Below, one piece after another: positions 12,661 through 24,150 of a DNA stretch of 64,000 bases. Numbering within the stretch: position 1 is the stretch's first letter; every line of letters starts with the position of its first letter. Origin of the DNA: Macrostomum lignano (lineage: Eukaryota); NCBI GenBank assembly GCA_002269645.1, contig NIVC01000750.1, positions 124,001 to 188,000 of the forward strand. The letters run 5' to 3'. The notes beneath the pieces are model-generated. The model was not told the origin of the DNA, ran no database searches, and saw nothing but the letters and a program-made list of their open reading frames with translations. A program made the position numbers and the translations under genes.

Positions 12661-13089
12661 TCTCCCTGGACAATTCAAATACGATACAATAGCAAATTAT
12701 AACATTTTTTACTTTATTTCCCGAATATTGAAACTGTCAAAAGAAGTGGCCATCTTTAGTCACAATGAAATCTAAAAGTACTAAAAATTCTTTTGAGCTG
12801 GCTTTCTGTGGAGCTTCCAGAGACACAAAAGCAAAGTTAAGAAGAGACTTGGCCCGATGGGGCGCGGGCTATTCTCATGCGAGCGCCAAGGTTGAATAAA
12901 TACTCACGGTCTCCTTCTTCCCTGCGTGCCGGTGTTAACACTAAACTGATAATACAATATCAAGCTCAGCCTCTCTTTGAATTTCTATGCACACATTGAG
13001 TCTCTGCTTTCATATGCGCGACCGAGGTAGAAATTTTTTCTTGTAGGAAGCTGGTATAGTGCAAAGCAATACAATGATGAGAGCGATAG

Positions 13090-13440
13090 AGTGGATTGCT
13101 AATCTAGCATATAACGGAAGGCAATAGAATGGATTGCTAATCTAGCATATCAAGGATGAGAGGGAATAGAATGGATTGCTAATCTAGCATATCACGGATG
13201 AGAGGGAATAGAATGAATCGCTAATCTAGCATATCACGGATGATAGGGAATAGAATGGATTGCTAATCTAGCATATCAAGGATGAGAGAGAACAGAATAG
13301 ATTGCTAATCTAGCATATCAAGGATGAGAGAGAACAGAATAGATTGCTAATCTAGCATATCAAGGATGAGAGAGAACAGAATAGATTGCTAATCTAGCAT
13401 ATCAAGGATGAGAGAGAACAGAATAGATTGCTAATCTAGC
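13090..13440. repeat. 42-bp minisatellite with an internal tgcta-atc-tagca palindrome
   Basis: About 8 copies. Confidence 0.92.
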
Positions 13441-13919
13441 GGCCGCTAGCCTATCACGGATGGGAGGAGCATTGCACAATTCTTAGTATATAGCATAAAG
13501 GATCTACCGTGCGTAAAATGTAGCACCAGAAATCAAGGCCCAGCTTCATCAAAGGAAGGCGAATCTAATTTCCGAAATGGCAAACAAGTACAGTCCCTTG
13601 CTAGCAGAGACTGCAGCTGGAGGCCGTGACCCGAGCTAGAATAGTAATTGCAGCTGTAAAGGGCTAGATTAGTGGCTGGGGACAGGATCAATGGATAGGC
13701 AAAGGTTTTTTCGATCGCAGCAACCCATCTAGTCCCTGCCAAACACTCAATCTATTTTATCTTGTCCTTGTAGTTCATGCAGAACGGACAGAGAATGGAA
13801 ACTACGTTTAACAATCACAGAATAACAGGAAGGCGCACTGGACTGATTGCAGCGTGTTGCTGCCTATCCATGCGTCTGTCTGCTGGACTGTGCCCAAATA
13901 TTTTATAAGGCGCTTGTAG

Positions 13920-14305
13920 GAGTGGGTGTGCGAAGTGGGGTGGGTGTGCGGAGTGGGGTGGGTGTGTGGAGTGGGGTGGGTGTTCGGAGAGGGGTGAGGG
14001 TGCAGAGTGGGTGGGTGTTCGGAGTGGGGTGGGTGTGCGGAGTGGGTGGGTGTTCGGAGTGGGGTGGGTGTGCGGAGTGGGGTAGGTGTTCAGAGTGGGA
14101 TGGGTGTGCGGAGTGGGGTGGGTGTTCGGAGAGGGGTGAGTGTGCGGAGTGGGGTGGGTGTGCGGAGTGGGGTGGGTGTGCGGAGTGGGATGGGTGTGCG
14201 CAGTGGGGTGGGTGTTCAGAGTGGGATGGGTGTTCGCAGTGGGGTGGGTGTTCGGAGAGGGGTGAGTGTGCAGAGTGGGATGGGTGTGCAGAGTGGGGCG
14301 GGTGT
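13920..14305. repeat. G-rich 18-bp minisatellite (ggagtggggtgggtgtgc)
   Basis: Tandem. Confidence 0.92.
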
Positions 14306-14362
14306 GAGATACTAGATGCTGCATTTAATGTACCCAAAAATGATTTAATTAAAAGAACTCAC

Positions 14363-14512
14363 ATTTCGCTTTCTGTCTCTTCTTAGAAGACGGATGCCAC
14401 CGAATTTCCATGGTCTCAGTGTCCAAAAAGAAGAAGCGTTTAAAGTGTCGACCGCTAGACCGAATCTTCAGCAATTCGGTGCCGTCGCGCATGTAGTTGA
14501 CGCAATCGGGCG
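14363..14512 (-). CDS. PLCL: PLC-like gene, PH domain exon (PDCVNYMRDGTELLKIRSSGRHFKRFFFLDTETMEIRWHPSSKKRQKAK)
   Basis: Manual translation; typical PLC PH N-half; cAG acceptor and GTGAGT donor. Confidence 0.9.
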
Positions 14513-14714
14513 CTGGTTAATGGCATTAAGGAAAAGGGGCAGCACAGTAAAATACTCGTATTCTTTCGCAAAAAAGGCGACACACAGCGTCTTTTATGAC
14601 CCGCGGTATACCGGCTAGTTTATGGTTTATAAGATTCTGGACACAGTTGTTAGCAATTAGGTAAAGCAAAATAAATGTACGAAGACAGGGTGCTGTGTCA
14701 CATGCCCGGACGAA

Positions 14715-15105
14715 GGACTACAATGAAGGGATAGTGATAAAAGGATCGTGATGAAGGGATCATGATCAAGGGATTGTGATCAAGGGATAGTGAGTGACGA
14801 AGGGATAGTGATGAAGGGATAGTGATGAAGGGATAGTGATGAAGGGATAGTGATGAAGGGATAGTGATGAAGGGATAGTGATGAAGGGACCGTGATGAAG
14901 GGATTGTGATGAAGGGATAATGATGAATGAAGGGATTGTGATGAAGGGAGAGTGATGAAGGGATTGTGATGAAGACTTTATGATAAAGGGATTGTGATGA
15001 AGGGATAGTGTTGAGGGGATAGTGATGAAGGGATTGTGATGAAGGGATTGTGATGAAGGAAGAGTGATGAAGGGATTGTGATGAAGAATTAGTGATGAAG
15101 GGATA
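14715..15105. repeat. 14-bp repeat (gtgatgaagggata)
   Basis: Tandem. Confidence 0.92.
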
Positions 15106-15586
15106 AGGCGCGGCGCTAATGCCTGAAGCAATATCTGGTCGATAATGCCCACATAAACCCCAATACAACATGCGCACATATAACTACTAAAAACTCGGTT
15201 CAGCCTGTCAGACAAGAATGATAATCAAAGTCTTTCGGGATAGCCGCTGTCACAATATCCGCGAGTGGGAGGCGGCTAGCGTTTGATATATGCATTAACA
15301 TCGTGAGCCAACCGCCGTATCGCTATACTGCCTACATTATAATATCACAATACATTATCGATTAGCGGCAGAGCCTTCAAGCTGCAAATCTTCCGTCTCG
15401 GACGCGGCCCCCGCTATCCGCACTAAAAAATCATCATTTTTGTCCCCGGGCCAGCCAAGTCTATTTATTTAGCTGTCTGCCCTTCTATCCATCAATGTTT
15501 TAAAGTACTTTTGTGGGGATGAGCGAACTCGACTGCGTTATGTCAAGTTAACTCAGGACCATTTTTATGAGTAAAAAGTTTTTTCA

Positions 15587-16065
15587 GTGAGTGAGTGAGT
15601 TAGTGAATGAATGAGTAAATGAGTGAGTGAGTGAGTGAGTGAGTGAATGAATGAGTGAGTGAGTAAGTGAATGAATGAGTGAGTGAATGTGAGAATGAGT
15701 GAGTAAATGAGTAAGTGAATGAGTGAATGAGTGAGTGAATGAGTGAGTCAGTGAGTGAGTGAGTGAGTGAGTGAGTGAGTGAGTGAGTGAGTGAGTGAGT
15801 GAGTGAATGAGTGAGTAAATGAGTAAGTGAATGAGTGAATGAGTGAGTAAATGAGTAAGTGAATGAGTGAATGAGTGAGTAAAGGAGTGAGTCAGTAAGT
15901 GAGTGAGTGAATGAATGAGTGAGTGAATGTGTGAATAAACTAGTGAGTAAGTGAGTGAATGAGTGAGTGAGTGAGTAAGTGAGTGAGTGAATGAGTGAGT
16001 AAATGAGTAAGTGAATGAGTGAATGAGTGAGTGAATGAGTGAGTCAGTGAGAATATGTAAATGAG
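15587..16065. repeat. (GAGT/GAAT)n microsatellite abutting the mariner
   Basis: Direct. Confidence 0.95.
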
Positions 16066-16067
16066 TA

Positions 16068-17378
16068 CGAGGGTCACTCAGAAAGTTCTTAGCTTGAACA
16101 CGAAAACAGCAACAAATGAACTAAAAAACGACTACAAGTGCTCAAAATACTCTCCACCGGCATTGATACAGGCTTGCATCCTGTGAAACCAGCTGTCGAA
16201 GCACTGCCGCCAATCCTCATCCCGGAGCTCCTCGATGATGTTTTTAAACTCATTCACAGCTTCTTCCGGTGAAGAAAAGACCTGGCCCTTCAGAATCTCC
16301 TTGCACTTCGGAAACAGAAAAAAGTCGCACGGTGCCAGGTCTGGACTGTAAGCAGGGTGAGTCATCAGCTGGACCCCACAGTCAGCCAGAAACTCCAGAG
16401 TTTGAGCCGCCGTGTGCGCGCTGGCGTTGTCGTGGTGCAGAAGCACCCCACGCATTCCGCACCTTGGGCGCCTCTGGCTCACAGCAGAAAAGACCTTGGG
16501 CAGGCAAACCGTTGTGTACCAGTCAGCGGTGACTGTCTGGCGATCTTCAAGTGAAACGGAAGCCACATGCCCAGTGCGCATGAAGAAACAGGCCACCATC
16601 TGCTTGCCGACACTCCGGCTGCGTCGAAACTTGGTGGGGCTGTCCTCGTCTCCAAAGGTCCACATGGCTGACTGGCGCTTGCTTTCGGGGTCGTATTGAT
16701 AAATCCAGGTCACATCGCCCGTGAGGATGTCCCAGATACGCCGGCTGGTCCCGGATTCGAATTTCTGCAGCATGAATCGGCACCAAGCCACCCTGGTGTC
16801 CTTCTGCACGTCCGACAGCTGATGGGGGATCCACCGGGAAGCCAGCTTCCGCACTCCAAGGTGTTCGTGCATAATGGCGTGCACACTCCCCGATCCAATA
16901 CCGATCTCCTGCTGGATCTGCTGGTAGGTCACTCGCCGGTCAGCGGCAATCATGCTGGACACAGCGCAGATATTTTCTGGAGTCACTGCGTCACAGGGTC
17001 TCCCGGATCGATGTTCATCTTCGAGGCTTTCTCGACCTCGGCGAAACTCAGCGAACCAGTTTTTGACGGTTGCGTATGAAGGACATACATGGGTGAAAAC
17101 GTTCTGTAAAGTTTGATACGATTCGGCCGGCGACTTGCCTTGCTTGAAGTGCAGGTACATCATTGCTCTGAAGTCGCGATTTTCCAGCTTCATTGTTGAA
17201 TTGAAGATCTCAGGGGGGTGAACTGACTTTAACTCGCTGCAGTGGACTCAAAAGTGGCTGCTTCTGTTTGAAATTTTTGCTGCGATACTTTTAAAAGTTG
17301 GTCTTTACCATAGACAAATTTCATGCTTCTACGTCTCGTGGATCCTACTCAGGCTAAATACTTTCTGAGTGACCCTCG
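16068..17378 (-). mobile_element. Full-length mariner (Tc1/mariner DD34D) DNA transposon in a PLCL intron
   Basis: TIR CGAGGGTCACTCAGAAAGT perfect for 19 bp (30 bp with 3 mismatches); TA at 16066-16067 and 17379-17380. Confidence 0.96.
16132..17193 (-). CDS. Mariner transposase, 353 aa, uninterrupted
   Basis: WIPHQL, TGD, HDNASAH and YSPDLAPCDFFLF motifs; 34 residues between the 2nd and 3rd Asp. Confidence 0.97.
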   Translation of the reverse strand: MKLENRDFRAMMYLHFKQGKSPAESYQTLQNVFTHVCPSYATVKNWFAEFRRGRESLEDEHRSGRPCDAVTPENICAVSSMIAADRRVTYQQIQQEIGIGSGSVHAIMHEHLGVRKLASRWIPHQLSDVQKDTRVAWCRFMLQKFESGTSRRIWDILTGDVTWIYQYDPESKRQSAMWTFGDEDSPTKFRRSRSVGKQMVACFFMRTGHVASVSLEDRQTVTADWYTTVCLPKVFSAVSQRRPRCGMRGVLLHHDNASAHTAAQTLEFLADCGVQLMTHPAYSPDLAPCDFFLFPKCKEILKGQVFSSPEEAVNEFKNIIEELRDEDWRQCFDSWFHRMQACINAGGEYFEHL

Positions 17379-17934
17379 TAATGGCGCAAGTAAAATGTAA
17401 GCTGTTAATTACACAAAAGTTTCCAAAAGCTGAACTCCAGCGAACAGATAAAAACGGGAATTTATTGAACTTTAGAGCCCACTTTGCTCGGTGGAGATCT
17501 TATCTTAAAAATTTTCCTGAGAAAATCGCTCCAAAACGAGTTCGAGTTTCAAAAAGCTGTCACGCCCAAAACCCCCTCATCCACTTCTACCCCGTGTCCC
17601 AGACTCCTTCCTCATCTCGCCAAGATGGGGATTTCCGCGCCAACGAACTTCCCGGTTGGCTGAGTCAATAAAACGCGCGCATATAAAAGTGCGGACGCCG
17701 CGGGAAGAAAGGCGAAGGCTAAAAATGGGAGGAAAAAAACGAAAGACTCTCCCGACCGGGCTGATCTTATCTACGGTTGCCATGCCATCCTTCCTGATAT
17801 CTTTTCAGGGTCATCCATTCCGCAGAGTTTTTCTTTCAAGTCTTGAGTTCTTTTTTTCTTCAAAAAATTGACTTTGCTCAATTCCGTTAGCTTTGAGTCT
17901 CCCCTGTCAGGCCAAAAAACGATCGCTTATACTC

Positions 17935-18370
17935 GCAGCTGTCTACCCAGCAAGACTACTCAGATGACCTAATCTAGAAGAGCAGTTGTCTATCCAGCAA
18001 GACTACTCAGATGACTTAATCTAGAAGAGTAGCTGTCTACCCAGCAAGACTACTCAGATGACCTAATCTAGAAGAGCAGTTGTCTACCCAGCAAGACTAC
18101 TCAGATGATCTAATCTATAAGAGCAGCTGTCTACCCAGCAAGACTACTCAGATGCCTGATCTAGATGAGTAGCTGTCTACCCAGCAAGACTACTCAGATG
18201 CCTGATCTAGATGAGTAGCTGTCTACCCAGCAAGACTACTCAGATGACCTAATCTATAAGAGCAGCTGTCTACCCAGCAAGACTACTCAGATGACCTAAT
18301 CTATAAGAGTAGCTGTCTACCCAGCAAGACTACTCAGATGACCTAATCTAGAAGAGTAGCTGTCTACCCG
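17935..18370. repeat. 47-bp minisatellite (agctgtctacccagcaagactactcagatgacctaatctagaagagt)
   Basis: About 9 copies. Confidence 0.95.
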
Positions 18371-18427
18371 ATAATAATCTACTCAAATAAGCAGAGAAAA
18401 CTGGTCAAATATCGAAGCTCTACTCAC

Positions 18428-18699
18428 CATCGATAACGCGAATTCCCTTGTCAAAGGACGATGAAAGAAATGACACAGATTTTTTCTGTGTTGGCGTTGG
18501 AGATGAGACACTGCTGCCTCCGCTACCAGGGTCTTGACACTGCGACTTCAACAGGCCTTGAAGTTTGCCTGTACGAGCTTGAGCTATTGGAGTTGATGAT
18601 GATGTTGAAGCTGATGGAGTACCTAAAGCATCTGCCATGTCATTGCCATTGCCATTTGCATCCATCATTTGTGAACTTGAGTAGTCAATTTGTTTAGCT
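18428..18699 (-). CDS. PLCL: PLC-like gene, N-terminal exon with KKSVSF (RVxF-type) motif
   Basis: ORF 18420-18668; GTGAGT donor after 18428 (phase 1) joins exon 14512 as RVID-APDCVNYM; KKSVSF matches PRIP/PLCL KKTVSF. Confidence 0.8.
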
Positions 18700-20279
18700 C
18701 TGATACTTTATAGCCCAAGAATTTTAGGATAGACAATTAGGAATCCATAATCAGGTCAAGCAAGATACAATCTATTTTGATTACTTTGCTGACAAAATTT
18801 TCCAAGTAGACTGAAAAGGGGTTTGAAGTATCATGACAATGATACTTTTCATATTTTTTCATATTTGTATATATAGATTCTCATAGTAAATATCATTATA
18901 AAAATTTTGTCAAAAATTTAAGATAATTTGATACCTTAAAATTATTTAAATCCATACTTAGATTAAACTCAATCTATAGAAGCCTATTATTTGTTTTACA
19001 AATTTATTATATTATTTAATTCTAATGTATAATAAGCAATAAGATATATATATATAGTAATATTAAAATATATCTTTAAATTAGCATTCTTTCAAAGACC
19101 TGGGTGTATGGGTTATAAAATGTTAATTTTTTAAGACATTTAAATACTAATATTTGTTTGAAAAATTAAGTTTGAGATCATATGATAATAGGCAAAAAAT
19201 TAGCATACAGCAAATAGGCAAATCAGAAAACTAATGTATTGCATATAAAACAATTCAATTTCAATATAATATAATATTGCTTATAACTTTTAATAGTGTA
19301 TTGTAAATATTTAAAAAATATGTTCACTTTTAATATATAGACCCTAAAAAATACTTACTAAATAAAGTACTTAAAAAAGGCCTATAATAATATGGCAAGC
19401 TATTCTATGAATCTAAAAAATAAAATAAGTACATGATAATGATAATAAATAAATATATTTCTTTCTTTTTAAGAAACTGTTTATAGTTCTTTATTATTAA
19501 TTTATTTATAGGGCCTATACAAATACATATTCTTTTATTTTCTCCTAATAAATATCTTTTACCTTGGCACTATTTTTAAATCAAGATTAGATCAATAAAA
19601 TCAAAATATTTATTGAATACAGGATTCAGAGCATCAAAGATCTGGTGCAATACTTAATCTAATAGTATTATTAAATGTTTATAAATTTAATCAAGAAAAA
19701 TAGGCACTTAATAACAAAAAATCTAAAAGTGCTTTAGGTTGTCAAAATCTTATTCCTATACAAGGCAAATAATATGAAACTTATTGAATTTTCTGTAGTT
19801 TTTATACTTTTTTACTAATAATACATCATAGGACTAAGCATGTCAAAGTCTCACTTCGCTTACTTTTATGTATTGAATATAGAACAAAAAAATACATTTC
19901 TTACTTTTTGCGACACGAATGAGGAAAATATTGCCAATATAATACTGCATTCTTCTAATATTATATATCTACCCAGCAGCTTACGCTTCTAATTAATATT
20001 TTTTAAAAAGATAAGTCCACGACCACATGATGTTTTTGTTACAATTCAATTCATTAGAAGAAAACTTGAATTCTTGCTATCTTGAAGTCTAAAATCAAGA
20101 AAAAGATATTGCCTGGCCTTTCAAGGAACTTTTAAGCTTGCCAGTAGCTTCTAAAGCTGTCAGCTGACGCCGGCGGCGGGAAAAGTGAGAAGTGAGCTTA
20201 TTCGTAGAATATATAGCTTTAGATTTTACCGCGCAAACTATAAATAAAGAAACAATTTTTTTTTAATTTATTTACTTAC

Positions 20280-20303
20280 ACTTGTTTCATGTCACACACA
20301 AAC
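20280..20303 (-). CDS. PLCL: PLC-like gene, probable first coding micro-exon (ATG at 20290, MKQV)
   Basis: ttttcttacAG acceptor and GTAAGT donor; phase 2 joins the acceptor at 18699 in frame (MKQV-AKQIDYSSSQMMD). Confidence 0.55.
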
Positions 20304-20399
20304 CTGTAAGAAAACTACTAAAAAATTATCTGCAAAGCTTTGGTTTGTGATAGTTCTAATAATAATAAATCAGTATTAACTTTTATCAATTGAATAATT

Positions 20400-20500
20400 C
20401 CTTTCAAGCGACTCGAACTGAGAACTGAACTTGGTACTTCTCTCAACGTGTGCATGATCAACGATCTTAAGATGCATGGTTTAGTTGTATTTCATTCTAT
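20400..20500. promoter_or_regulatory. Candidate compact bidirectional promoter (PLCL / LMO7-like)
   Basis: Two TCAGTT Inr-like motifs on minus (~20415-20430), TCATTC on plus (~20491); divergent genes either side. Confidence 0.4.
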
Positions 20501-20636
20501 TTCTCGAACTATGTTTTGATAAATAGAGAAAGAAGGACTGCTGAAACCTATTTTTATTAGGCGAAAGCTTTTGCATGTTTGGTTAACAAACAGCAAAAGT
20601 TATTCTCTAAAGGTAAAAAATTCTTAATCTGATATA

Positions 20637-20893
20637 ATGAGGCCAGCAAATGTTGCTAGCCCTGAAAACTGTGCCCAGACTGGTAGAATTGATCCCAATC
20701 AAGTAAGTGACGATTGGGAACCACCGCGTTCGGCCAGAGATCACCAGTTGGAGACTGCATATCACCAAGCCTTATGGGATGCTTTGACCTGGATTAAAGC
20801 ATGTACTGGCAAGAAGCAACCCCAGGAACAACAAAGACCATTTCAAATCGGCGAATTTCGCAGAGAACTTAGCGATGGCGTACAACTTTGCGA
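20637..20893 (+). CDS. LMO7: LMO7/LIMCH1-like gene, exon 1 (CH domain start: ALTWIKACTGK...FRRELSDGVQLCE)
   Basis: CH motif DGxxLCEL; GTAAGT donor. Confidence 0.85.
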
Positions 20894-21030
20894 GTAAGTT
20901 GCATCAAATTTGCTCATTTATATTTAAATATTTTCCCCACGTGGATATAATTACATGACACGTTTTAAAGTATTCTGCAGATCGAGGTAAGCACCGTAAT
21001 TATATGCATCCCCTTCCGCCCTTTCTTCAG

Positions 21031-21103
21031 GCTACTAAACGCTTTAAAGCCAGGAAGTATAAAACGGATTAACCGGCTTAAGATTAGCCTAGCCGCAGGA
21101 CTG
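21031..21103 (+). CDS. LMO7: LMO7-like CH exon (LLNALKPGSIKRINRLKISLAAGL)
   Basis: LLNALKPG..KRINRL is typical of the LMO7/LIMCH1 CH domain; clean splice sites. Confidence 0.9.
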
Positions 21104-21569
21104 GTAAGAATTATTTTGAGGCGCAGTTTGCATCGATTTTTTGTGCCTTTACGTTCGTACCAAGAATTTGGAAAATCAAACTAATTTTTATGCAGTAGGC
21201 TTCGAGCTGGTGATTGACCAACTTCAATAACTGTTTGAATATCTTAGTCTAAGATGAGATAAAAGAGAATGGAGGGAGAGGAATAAGAGCAGAGAAGCTC
21301 CCAGAGTTCATTTTACTCGTATATATTAACGAGACACACTTGGCTGGTTAGAAATTTTTTGTAGACAGAGAAAGTTTATAATGGCTGAAAGGAGGTGAGC
21401 AGGTGCGTCAGAAAGATCCAACATACATTTATAGCTTGAGCGTGTTGCGAAGCGAAGGGCGTATCAAATTAAGTGTCTAATGAGCGCTTGAGCCGGCTGC
21501 GTCTTGCATGGCTAAATTTTAACATCGAATTTGAATCGGCATGAGTTCATTTCACAATCTCTTGCAGTG

Positions 21570-22435
21570 TGAGGCAGAGGGAGAGGCAGAGGGATAGACA
21601 GAGGGAGAGGCAGAGGGAGAGGCAGAGGGAGAGGCAGAGGGAGAGGCAGAGGGAGAGGCAGAGAGAGAGAGGCAGAGAGAGAGGCAGAGAGAGAGAGGCA
21701 GAGAGAGAGAGACAGAGGGAGAGGCAGAGGGAGAGGCAGAGGGATGGGCAGAGGGAGGGGCAGAGAGAGAGGCAGAGGGAGAGGCAGAGGGAGAGGCAGA
21801 GGGAGAGGCAGAGGGATAGGCAGAGGGATAGACAGAGGGAGAGGCAGAGGGAGAGGCAGAGGGATAGGCAGAGGGAGAGGCAGAGGGAGAGGCAGAGAGA
21901 GAGAAGCAGAGGGAGAGGCAGAGAGAGAGAGAGAGGCAGAGGGAGAGGCAGAGAGAGAGAGAGAGAGAGAGGCAGAGGGAGAGGCAGAGAGAGAGACAGA
22001 GGGAGGGGTAGAGAGAGAGGCAGAGGGATAGACAGAGGGAGAGGCAGAGGGATAGACAGAGGGAGGGGTAGAGAGAGAGGCAGAGGGATAGACAGAGGGA
22101 GAGGCAGAGGGATAGACAGAGGGAGAGGCAGAGGGAGAGGCAGAGGGAGAGGCAGAGGGAGAGGCAGAGGGAGAGGCAGAGGGATGGGCAGAGGGAGAGG
22201 CAGAGGCAGAGGCAGAGGGAGAGGCAGAGGGAGAGACAGAGGGAGAGGCAGAGGGATAGACAGAGGGAGAGGCAGAGGGAGAGGCAGAGGGAGAGGCAGA
22301 GGGAGAGGCAGAGGGAGAGGCAGAGGGATGGGCAGAGGGAGAGGCAGAGGCAGAGGCAGAGGGAGAGGCAGAGGGAGAGACAGAGGGAGAGGCAGAGGGA
22401 TGGGCAGAGAGAGAGGCAGAGGCAGAGGGATAGGC
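21570..22435. repeat. Polypurine 12-bp repeat (gagggagaggca)
   Basis: Tandem; source of the RG/LCLS pseudo-ORFs. Confidence 0.95.
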
Positions 22436-23104
22436 ATCTGCTGAAGCAGAGACTGAGTGATGTATAAAGGACTAGGATTAGGTAATAATGAGATTGCATG
22501 CGGGCTATTACACAATATACTTGCCCAAACACAGCACCCACTAAGCCAAGGAGAAAAATTCTCTCTTTAACAAAACATGCACCAGCCTGGCTGAATCCGC
22601 AATTCAAAGCAAAGCAGAGACAATTAGAATAAAAGAAGACTTTCCAGAGGTCTGTCTGTCTGTGAGAGCGGTTTATTGCTCAAAGTTGGCCAGAAAAAGA
22701 CAGTGAGAAGAGAAAACTAGATCGTACAGCCTAAGCACGGCTTCAGCAGCCGAAGAATTTAGATAACAGTTTTTGAGCACTCCGCTGTCCGTACGGAGAA
22801 CTTTCTCTGCATGAAATCTGTTGCTTGTAAAAAATATTATTATCTATACTTCTAGGTTTAATCTCAGCTGTGACCTACAGTGCATTGGCTTAAAATAAAA
22901 TACTGCATTTTTCTGTATGCATTCAGCTACCAAACCAGATCATTCTAACGCTTAGAAGTGCACAAGGCATGGAAAATTAGAGAAAAATTCTAGAAAATTT
23001 CAAACATTTCTTTAATCATAAAAATGTTTTACAACGAAGTCAGTGGTATTTTTCATGTGCTATGATGTACGGTACATTATAGCTTTAGAGTAGCATGAAA
23101 GTGC

Positions 23105-23280
23105 TGTGAGGGGAGATGAGGGGGCAGATGAGAGGGGAGATGAGAGGGGAGATGAGAGGGGAGATGAGAGGGGAGATGAGAGAGCAGATGAGAGGGGGGA
23201 TGATAAAGGAGATGAGAGGGGAGATGAGAGAGGGGATGAGAGGGGAGATGGAGAGGGGAGATGAGATGAGAGGGGAGATG
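23105..23280. repeat. 12-bp purine repeat (gatgagagggga)
   Basis: Tandem. Confidence 0.9.
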
Positions 23281-23483
23281 TGGCGGCATTGAGAAAAGGT
23301 TGATTCTTTATTCATTTTAAATTTAAAATAAAAAACTCCATTCGATTTGTCTGGACTAAAGAAACAGAAATATTCTCTGAACTCTACTAAAAGTAGAAGC
23401 ACACGAATTTTATTAAGTTTCAGTCTAACTCAAAGAAAGCGATGCATTTACATGGAAATAAAAAAGCTTGGCAAACATTGCAG

Positions 23484-23593
23484 GACAATTTGACAGTTTT
23501 CATCAGTGCATGTCAAAGCACGTTTGGCCAATCAAGACTGTCAATTTTTGAAATTGCGGATGTTGTTGAAGATATTTCTGAGAGATTTCTACC
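23484..23593 (+). CDS. LMO7: LMO7-like CH exon (DNLTVFISACQSTFGQSRLSIFEIADVVED)
   Basis: DNxxxFxxAC...LF..DL CH pattern; phase fits. Confidence 0.88.
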
Positions 23594-23639
23594 GTAAGTA
23601 TTGTTTGCAATCAATGATTGGTTGTTAGGCATCTAATGA

Positions 23640-24010
23640 TTCTCTCAGACACCTGTCTGAAGCATCTACTACTTCTCTCAGACACCTGTCTGAAGCATCT
23701 ACTTCTCTCAGACACCTGTCTGAAGCATCTACTACTTCTCTCAGACACCTGTCTGAAGCATCTACTACTTCTCTCAGACACCTGTCTGAAGCATCTACTA
23801 CTTCTCTCAGACACCTGTCTGAAGCATCTAATTCTCTCAAGACACCTGTCTGAAGCATCTACTACTTCTCTCAGACACCTGTCTGAAGCATCTAATTCTC
23901 TCAAGACACATGTCTGAAGCATCTAATTCTCTCACAGACACCTGTCTGAAGCATCTAATTCTCTCAAGACACCTGTCTGAAGCATCTAATTCTCTTCAGA
24001 CACACCTGCC
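23640..24010. repeat. ~30-33-bp minisatellite with a tcagaca-cc-tgtctga palindrome
   Basis: Tandem. Confidence 0.92.
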
Positions 24011-24110
24011 TGAAGACAAACCAATCTGTGCTTACTAGCTTTGAATAGCAATTCCATCTATTCCACCCTAGCAACCTATGCGACAAGTATCAAATTGCTT
24101 TTTATTCCAG

Positions 24111-24150
24111 AGAAGAAGCAGCCCGAGAAGACGAACGCAGGTGCAAAAAG
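24111..24150 (+). CDS. LMO7: LMO7-like 40-nt exon (EEAAREDERRCKK)
   Basis: ttccAG acceptor and GTAAGA donor; phase 2 to 0; like LMO7 EETDRRVKN. Confidence 0.8.

Noticed and set aside
16269-17079. Alternate-frame and antisense ORFs in the mariner
   Set aside because: Shadows of the transposase ORF.
21547-22607. RG/RE-rich and LCLS/LP ORFs
   Set aside because: Polypurine repeat inside an intron of the LMO7-like gene.
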